From contig JBGUGD010000030.1 of NCBI GenBank assembly GCA_041697335.1, positions 176,291-240,290 of the forward strand: 64,000 nt of DNA, given 5' to 3'. The notes under the pieces were generated by a model. The model made no database searches. It saw only the letters and a program-made list of their open reading frames with translations, and had not been told where the DNA came from. The position numbers and the translations under genes are program-made. This DNA is from Vampirovibrionaceae bacterium NZW_1234 (GTDB lineage: Bacteria; Cyanobacteriota; Vampirovibrionia; Vampirovibrionales; JAGQHJ01). How positions within the stretch are numbered: position 1 is the stretch's first letter; each line of letters opens with the position of its first letter. Below are positions 58,760 to 64,000 of the stretch, in pieces.

Positions 58760-58785
58760 GCCTCCAGCGATGGGGGCTTTTTTTT
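58760..58785 (+). terminator. Rho-independent terminator
   Basis: GCCTCCA-GCGA-TGGGGGC then T8. Confidence 0.8.
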
Positions 58786-58789
58786 GGCC

Positions 58790-58827
58790 AAAAGAAACCG
58801 GGTGGGTTTATACCCTACCCGGTTTCT
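58790..58827 (-). terminator. rpsO terminator
   Basis: AGAAACCGGGTGG...CTACCCGGTTTCT stem followed by T-run on the minus strand. Confidence 0.7.
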
Positions 58828-58915
58828 AGCCCATTTATTGCAAATAATTCGATGACAGAGTTTCTCCCAGTTAAGACTTGGGGAGTCGCCAGAGGCAAGC
58901 CTGTGACCGATGCAA

Positions 58916-59188
58916 TTATTTTCTGAGGTTGAGTTGGGTCAGCAACTCTTTGTAAGCTTCAGGGGTGCGGTGATGCTTGAGGTAATTCAGCAACCGACGG
59001 CGTTTGCCGACCATCCGCATCAAACCACGGCGGGTGGAAAAGTCTTTTTTGTTAATTTTCAAGTGTTCGGTGAGGTGGTTGATTCGTTCGGTTAAAATGG
59101 CAATTTGAGTTTCCGGAGCACCGAAATCTTTCTCAGACTTACCGAACTGGGCACACAATTCCTGTTTACGTTCTTTGGTAACGGCCAT
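58916..59188 (-). CDS. rpsO: 30S ribosomal protein S15
   Basis: PETQIAILTERINHLTEHL, KDFSTRRGL, GKRRRLLNYL. Confidence 0.97.
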   Translation of the reverse strand: MAVTKERKQELCAQFGKSEKDFGAPETQIAILTERINHLTEHLKINKKDFSTRRGLMRMVGKRRRLLNYLKHHRTPEAYKELLTQLNLRK

Positions 59189-59287
59189 ACGTTGTTCTAA
59201 ACCTCTGATTTGTCTTTTGCAATAAACCGAATGTGAGGGTAACTATGGTATAATTCGGAAGTTTAATATAGCATCGTCTATTTTTCA

Positions 59288-59980
59288 ATGCAAGCACTCC
59301 GAAAATCCGCACTTTCTGTTGTTTTTCTGGCTGTAGTGGTTGTGTCCAGCAGTCTATGGCTGATCGGATGCCAACCTGCTTCCTCCACAAAGGTCTCGAA
59401 AGAAGCTCTTCTCGCTCAAGCGGAAGCTCATTTGGAGTCCGGTGATGTTTACAAGGCCCTTCGGGAATTGCAGCAGGTGTTAAGCCAGGATCCCAATAAC
59501 AGCCAGGTTCATGTGGATCTGGGGTGGGTTTATTTATATACGGATGATTTGGATAAAGCGCTGGCACAATTGAACAAGGCCTCTCAATTGGATCTGAATA
59601 ATCCGGATCTTCATTATTTACGGGGGGCCATTTATCACAGAACAGGCCAATGGGTTGATGCTCTTGAGGAATACAACCATGCCCTCAAGACGGATATTAA
59701 TAACCCACAGCTTCATGCGGATATTGCGGAGGTGTTTTTACTTTTGAATAACCCCGATGGGGCATTAAAAGAATTTGATGTGGCGAGTCGTTTGGATAAG
59801 GACAATGGAGATTATGTCTTTGGAGAGTGTCGATCCTACCGCCAGTTAAAGCGCTATGATCAGGCCATTCTGGCATGCCGTCAGGCGTTGCAATTGACCA
59901 ATGAGCCTCAAGCGCGCGAAAAAATCCAGGAAGTTGCCCATACGATTGAATTGCTTCAGTCTTTAGAGTCGGCTCGCTAA
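59288..59980 (+). CDS. TPR-repeat lipoprotein
   Basis: Lipobox LIG-C; five or more TPRs. Confidence 0.85.
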   Translation: MQALRKSALSVVFLAVVVVSSSLWLIGCQPASSTKVSKEALLAQAEAHLESGDVYKALRELQQVLSQDPNNSQVHVDLGWVYLYTDDLDKALAQLNKASQLDLNNPDLHYLRGAIYHRTGQWVDALEEYNHALKTDINNPQLHADIAEVFLLLNNPDGALKEFDVASRLDKDNGDYVFGECRSYRQLKRYDQAILACRQALQLTNEPQAREKIQEVAHTIELLQSLESAR

Positions 59981-59993
59981 GGCTGGCCGGAAG

Positions 59994-60815
59994 TTAGATG
60001 AGGAAGCTTTGTTCCGGGCGATGGTGTTGCTGGCGTGTTAGATAGCGCTGAACCATCTCATAGCTTTCTTCAAATTCGGCCTTGTTAAAAATTTCCAAAG
60101 CCAAGGTAATTTTGTGAGGCGACAGCACGAGGTGGTTCATAAACTCTTCCATATTGACAGTACCGTACCGGTAGCCACGATGTTCATCAAATTCCCCATG
60201 ATTATTATGTGAGTGGACGTAAACCAACTGGTGCTCCAGTTGATCAAGCCATTGATTCACGGAGACGTTGGAATAAATATTGGCATGGCCTGTATCCAGG
60301 CATGCTTTGATTTGCGGGTGATCGATGGTTTCAATCAACTCGCGCAGCAGTTCAGGCTCTTCTTCCATAAAGTTTTCAATTACCACGGAGAGTGTCGGCG
60401 TATCGGATAAAACATCTTCAGCAAATTGCTGCCAGTAATCCACAGACGCCGATAACCATTCGGCTTTGATTTGAGCCACTTTAAAAATGGAGCTGAATTG
60501 GGAGTGAACCACTAAATAGCGGCAGTTTAGTCGCTTGCAAACATTCGCAGCCTGCTGGTATCGAAGGCGAGATGCCGCAGCAATTTGTGGATCCAGACTC
60601 ACTGGGTTGATGTCATAGACAGGCCCATGGAGCGTTCTCATGCCAGGAATGCCTTCGAGTTTTTGCTCCCAATCGCCATAATGCTCAGCTTGGTTATCCA
60701 GCATGGCAGGTTCGACAAAGTCTGGGATTTCATATCCTAACTGGTACTGTCGGGAGAGTGCTAACCCTTCTTCAACAGGCATATATTTGGCAGCGCCAAC
60801 CAAGTGATGAATCAT
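59994..60815 (-). CDS. Sugar phosphate isomerase/epimerase (AP endonuclease 2 TIM barrel) family
   Basis: LHGP, IEN, CLDTGHAN, HSHNNHGEFDEH, LEI. Confidence 0.85.
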   Translation of the reverse strand: MIHHLVGAAKYMPVEEGLALSRQYQLGYEIPDFVEPAMLDNQAEHYGDWEQKLEGIPGMRTLHGPVYDINPVSLDPQIAAASRLRYQQAANVCKRLNCRYLVVHSQFSSIFKVAQIKAEWLSASVDYWQQFAEDVLSDTPTLSVVIENFMEEEPELLRELIETIDHPQIKACLDTGHANIYSNVSVNQWLDQLEHQLVYVHSHNNHGEFDEHRGYRYGTVNMEEFMNHLVLSPHKITLALEIFNKAEFEESYEMVQRYLTRQQHHRPEQSFLI

Positions 60816-61027
60816 AGACAGCCCGTTTCTCTTGTTTGGAATAACCTATTTCATGAGGATGCTTAAGCGATTGTACCTGTTTTGGCCCGGGGAGGGAATC
60901 GTTTCTTCAAGGGGGCTTTATCAAATCCTCTGGCTAATGGGTTTCTTCCGGGATATTCTTAACGCATGATACAAGTATCAGGCAACCTCACGCTGCAATA
61001 ATAAGGCATTGGTATGGAGCACCCCGG

Positions 61028-61861
61028 ATGGACGTCAGGAAGCGTTCTTGGTACTGCTTTTTTCGCTTAGGCTATCTAGTCAGTTTTTGCCTACTGCTTA
61101 TGATGCAAGGACCGTTTCTTGCAGGGGCAGAGGAGCCTGTATTACAGGGGCGGTTAGAAAAAACCATTGATCCAGATGCTGTATTGCAGGGCCGAGTGTT
61201 GGACACTCAAACCGGTCAACCTATTTCGGATGCGGAGGTGTCTTTACCCGACTATGGAGAGTCCACCCGAACCGATCGATCCGGCTATTATCGCTTATAT
61301 AAGCCGAGTACCAAAGAGCCTTATATTATGAGTATTGAGAAACCAGGCTATGCTCCTTTTTCTCTCAGCGTAACTCAAACGGCGCCAGCTATGTTCAATC
61401 TTCGCTTGACGAAACAGCCGCTTATGCTGGTTTTAGACAATCAATTGCATCATTTGGGCGATGGAGGCTATTCTGCGGTCTCCAGCAATGCCACTCAATT
61501 TCGTAAGCCGGCAGAAGGACCCTTATTACGACTCCCTTTTTCTCTGGGGCCTTCTCAAGCCATATCCGACTCGCCCTACATTCAGATTGGCAGCATTATT
61601 GGCCTGGATACGGCCATGACTCATTTTTTGAGTGGAAATCCCCTGGACACCCATGCATCTGCTCTGGAGATCCGCCTGAATGGGAGACGTATAGCCCAGA
61701 TTCAAGTCAATGGTGATAATCAGAAGATTCGCTTTTCTCCGTCACTTCTCAACAGGGTAGGTTCGAATGTGCTTGAAGTGCAAGCCGGGCATCAATACCC
61801 TGAACCTGGCAGAATTGATTACGATGATATGGAGCTCATTCACCTGATACTCTTCTTATGA
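61028..61861 (+). CDS. Secreted protein with carboxypeptidase-regulatory-like domain
   Basis: Signal peptide; GRVLDTQTGQPISDAEV...TDRSGYY...KPGY. Confidence 0.78.
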   Translation: MDVRKRSWYCFFRLGYLVSFCLLLMMQGPFLAGAEEPVLQGRLEKTIDPDAVLQGRVLDTQTGQPISDAEVSLPDYGESTRTDRSGYYRLYKPSTKEPYIMSIEKPGYAPFSLSVTQTAPAMFNLRLTKQPLMLVLDNQLHHLGDGGYSAVSSNATQFRKPAEGPLLRLPFSLGPSQAISDSPYIQIGSIIGLDTAMTHFLSGNPLDTHASALEIRLNGRRIAQIQVNGDNQKIRFSPSLLNRVGSNVLEVQAGHQYPEPGRIDYDDMELIHLILFL

Positions 61862-62133
61862 TGCCATTATCGGGGGGCCTGTGTTCACGGATGCCTGTTT
61901 GATAAGGATTGAGTCAGGACTGGACTTTTTTCAAAAATAAGGCAAACTACCACTAGCGCTTAGAGGAGCCATTGGCAAAGGAGCCAGGAAGAGAAGTAGA
62001 AGTAGAGGATCCACATCAGACTTTTTAATGCAGTTTTCTAGGGCATAAGATGTCTGATTACTTATCCCTTTGTCTGCTTCCTCAAGCGGGTCGTCGACCG
62101 TTCTACCTGTGTTAGTCTCGATGGAGTGAAGAG

Positions 62134-63213
62134 ATGAATTTGAATCATTCAAGGCATGTTATCCCATCCCTGGCCTTAACCGGTATATTGCTTCTGGAAT
62201 TAATAGTCCCTGGCACTGTGAGTGCCCAATATTATCCTCCTACAACGCCTGGTTATAGTCCCTATCCTCCATCGACAGTCGGGAGCCCATATCCGCCTTC
62301 TGCATCTCAGCCGCCATTAACCAGTCCTTTTCCTGCTGAAGGGGGAGCTACTTATGCGACGGCCCCGGCCGGAGCCTCTCCTTATCCACCTGTAAGCAGT
62401 CCCTATCCTGGAGCGCCCCCGGCAACAAGCTATCCCCCGTCCACAACTGCTTACCCTCCTTCTTCGTCATATCCCCCGGCAGCCGGTTATGCCGCCTTCC
62501 CGGCTCCGACCTATCCACAAACAACAGCCCCGGTAGCGACGTCAATGATGTCTTATGCTCCGTATGCTGCTGTTTCTGGATTTAAGTATAATTACAGCCC
62601 GGATGCCGGAGACTTTGTATCAATTCAAGCCAGAAATGCCGGGCGTTGGGAACAATTTCCCCTAACCTTGCATTTAACGTATCCAGAAGGCATGGGGGAT
62701 AGCGAAAAGCAGATTGTCAAAGATGCGATTGCTGCCTGGCAGAAGCATGTGGATATTCAGCTTGTAGACAGACCAGAGCAAGCCAAAATCGAAATTCAAT
62801 GGGCCACAGATTTAAATACCAATGATTTGGGTGAAACTACTTTTACGGCAACCCATGTTAATCCCACAGGGTGGCTTATTTTAGATAAAGCCGTGGTCCG
62901 TTTACAGGATCCGGCCAAATATGTGGATGTTCAACCGGGTTCTTTGAAAGCTGCCGTAATGCATCAAGTGGGCCATGCCTTAGGCATCAATAACCACAGC
63001 GATAATGAGCGTGATGTTATGGCAGAGCCTAACTATCGACGTCATGGCATGGTTCAGACGGCGGTGAGAACATTGGCCAACAGAACCATTGGTCAATTTC
63101 TCGGGTTTCCGTCCTATGACAATGCAACACCAGACCGGAAACGTTCGATGATGCCGCCATCGGATCGGTTGACCAAACGGGATTTGAATACCTTAATTCG
63201 CTTATATAACTGA
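62134..63213 (+). CDS. Secreted matrixin (M10)-like protein with Pro/Tyr-rich region and HQxxH variant motif
   Basis: Signal peptide; AVMHQVGHALGINNHS, DVM Met-turn, LTKRDLNTLIRLY. Confidence 0.8.
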   Translation: MNLNHSRHVIPSLALTGILLLELIVPGTVSAQYYPPTTPGYSPYPPSTVGSPYPPSASQPPLTSPFPAEGGATYATAPAGASPYPPVSSPYPGAPPATSYPPSTTAYPPSSSYPPAAGYAAFPAPTYPQTTAPVATSMMSYAPYAAVSGFKYNYSPDAGDFVSIQARNAGRWEQFPLTLHLTYPEGMGDSEKQIVKDAIAAWQKHVDIQLVDRPEQAKIEIQWATDLNTNDLGETTFTATHVNPTGWLILDKAVVRLQDPAKYVDVQPGSLKAAVMHQVGHALGINNHSDNERDVMAEPNYRRHGMVQTAVRTLANRTIGQFLGFPSYDNATPDRKRSMMPPSDRLTKRDLNTLIRLYN

Positions 63214-63283
63214 TACACAGTTACTTATTTCCTCTCAACGGAAGGGCTTGGCAATCACCTCACTGCCAAGCTTTTTTTTGCCC

Positions 63284-64000
63284 TTATGAATTCGGCTTGG
63301 CAATGCCGGCTGTTTCCGAGGCAGAGGAGGGGGCGGAGTTGGTACTGGAGAAGTAAAAGTTGAAATTGGTTTTAAAGTCCCATAAGGCAAATCCGAACAG
63401 GATACAGAATAGCCCGATTTCATTGGCCCAAGCTCTTTGAGGCATGTAATGTACCCAGACAACAAATTCCTCAAGATTCTGAGGCCAAGAGATGGGGCAT
63501 CCGCCCGGGTGACCTTCAACGGGCCACAGCGTGAAGCTGCTCCAAAGAATGGCAAAGAGCCAGATGTTGCTCCGGGCCCATTGATAGTGTGTTTTTTTAA
63601 TTAGTCGCTTTTCGGCATCGGTTTCATGACGAGGGTTATACTGTGGAAAGAGCCAATAGGCCGTTAAAATTGATATGCTTTTCTGGATAAAGAATCCCAG
63701 TCCGCCTTTTTCCCAAGGGCGGTGGCTTAAAAAAATGACACTGGAATCCACTACCACCATTATCATGGTGTAAAGCATAAACTCTCTCAAATTGAGTGTG
63801 TTCGCCCCAACCATATAGAAGGTCAGGCCTGTTAACAGGCACAAGACCACGACCAGAAAATAACAGGCATCCCAGGCCTTGGTTTTGACAAGGGACACGT
63901 AATCCAAAAGAATAAAGCTTTTCAGGACAGAGCGGAGCACGGTCGCCAGAAAGCCGAAGAGCAGCAATACATAACTGGCAAACGTCCAGTTACAATTAAC
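63284..64000 (-). CDS. Multi-pass membrane protein, 5' end probably outside the window
   Basis: Several hydrophobic segments; frame stays open to the window edge. Confidence 0.6.
   Translation of the reverse strand, partial: VNCNWTFASYVLLLFGFLATVLRSVLKSFILLDYVSLVKTKAWDACYFLVVVLCLLTGLTFYMVGANTLNLREFMLYTMIMVVVDSSVIFLSHRPWEKGGLGFFIQKSISILTAYWLFPQYNPRHETDAEKRLIKKTHYQWARSNIWLFAILWSSFTLWPVEGHPGGCPISWPQNLEEFVVWVHYMPQRAWANEIGLFCILFGFALWDFKTNFNFYFSSTNSAPSSASETAGIAKPNS

Overview
64-kb chromosomal window, gene-dense, with no mobile element, CRISPR array, tRNA or rRNA recognised. Gene content (cyanobacterial-like sigma factor and holA/holB, fliW-csrA, type IV prepilin, no photosynthesis genes here) suggests a non-photosynthetic cyanobacterial relative such as Vampirovibrionia/Melainabacteria; this is inference only. 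Housekeeping loci: nrnA, mazG, a leucine-catabolism operon (MCC beta, hydratase, split MCC alpha, HMG-CoA lyase, birA), MlaD, TusA-family, pepA, holA-holB, RpoD-family sigma, ybaB-recR, malQ, fliW-csrA, glycosyltransferases, rpsO. Main observation: about ten unrelated proteins carry a 30-65 aa Ser/Thr/Pro/Arg-rich, acid-poor, non-hydrophobic N-terminal extension ending in [V/P/I/L/T/R]-R-F-[G/A/S], which the housekeeping enzymes lack. They include all five genes of an unusual prkA-spoVR-yeaH(vWA)-prkA2-clpP operon, an adenosine-deaminase-like protein, a cytidine-deaminase-like protein and two TPR paralogues, pointing to an undescribed export/targeting or maturation signal. Also notable: a candidate Fur-repressed sRNA with anti-SD motifs (17157-17300), HLR1-like direct repeats upstream of several genes, a degenerate PurH homologue, an HQxxH pseudo-metalloprotease and a 41-bp non-coding tandem repeat.
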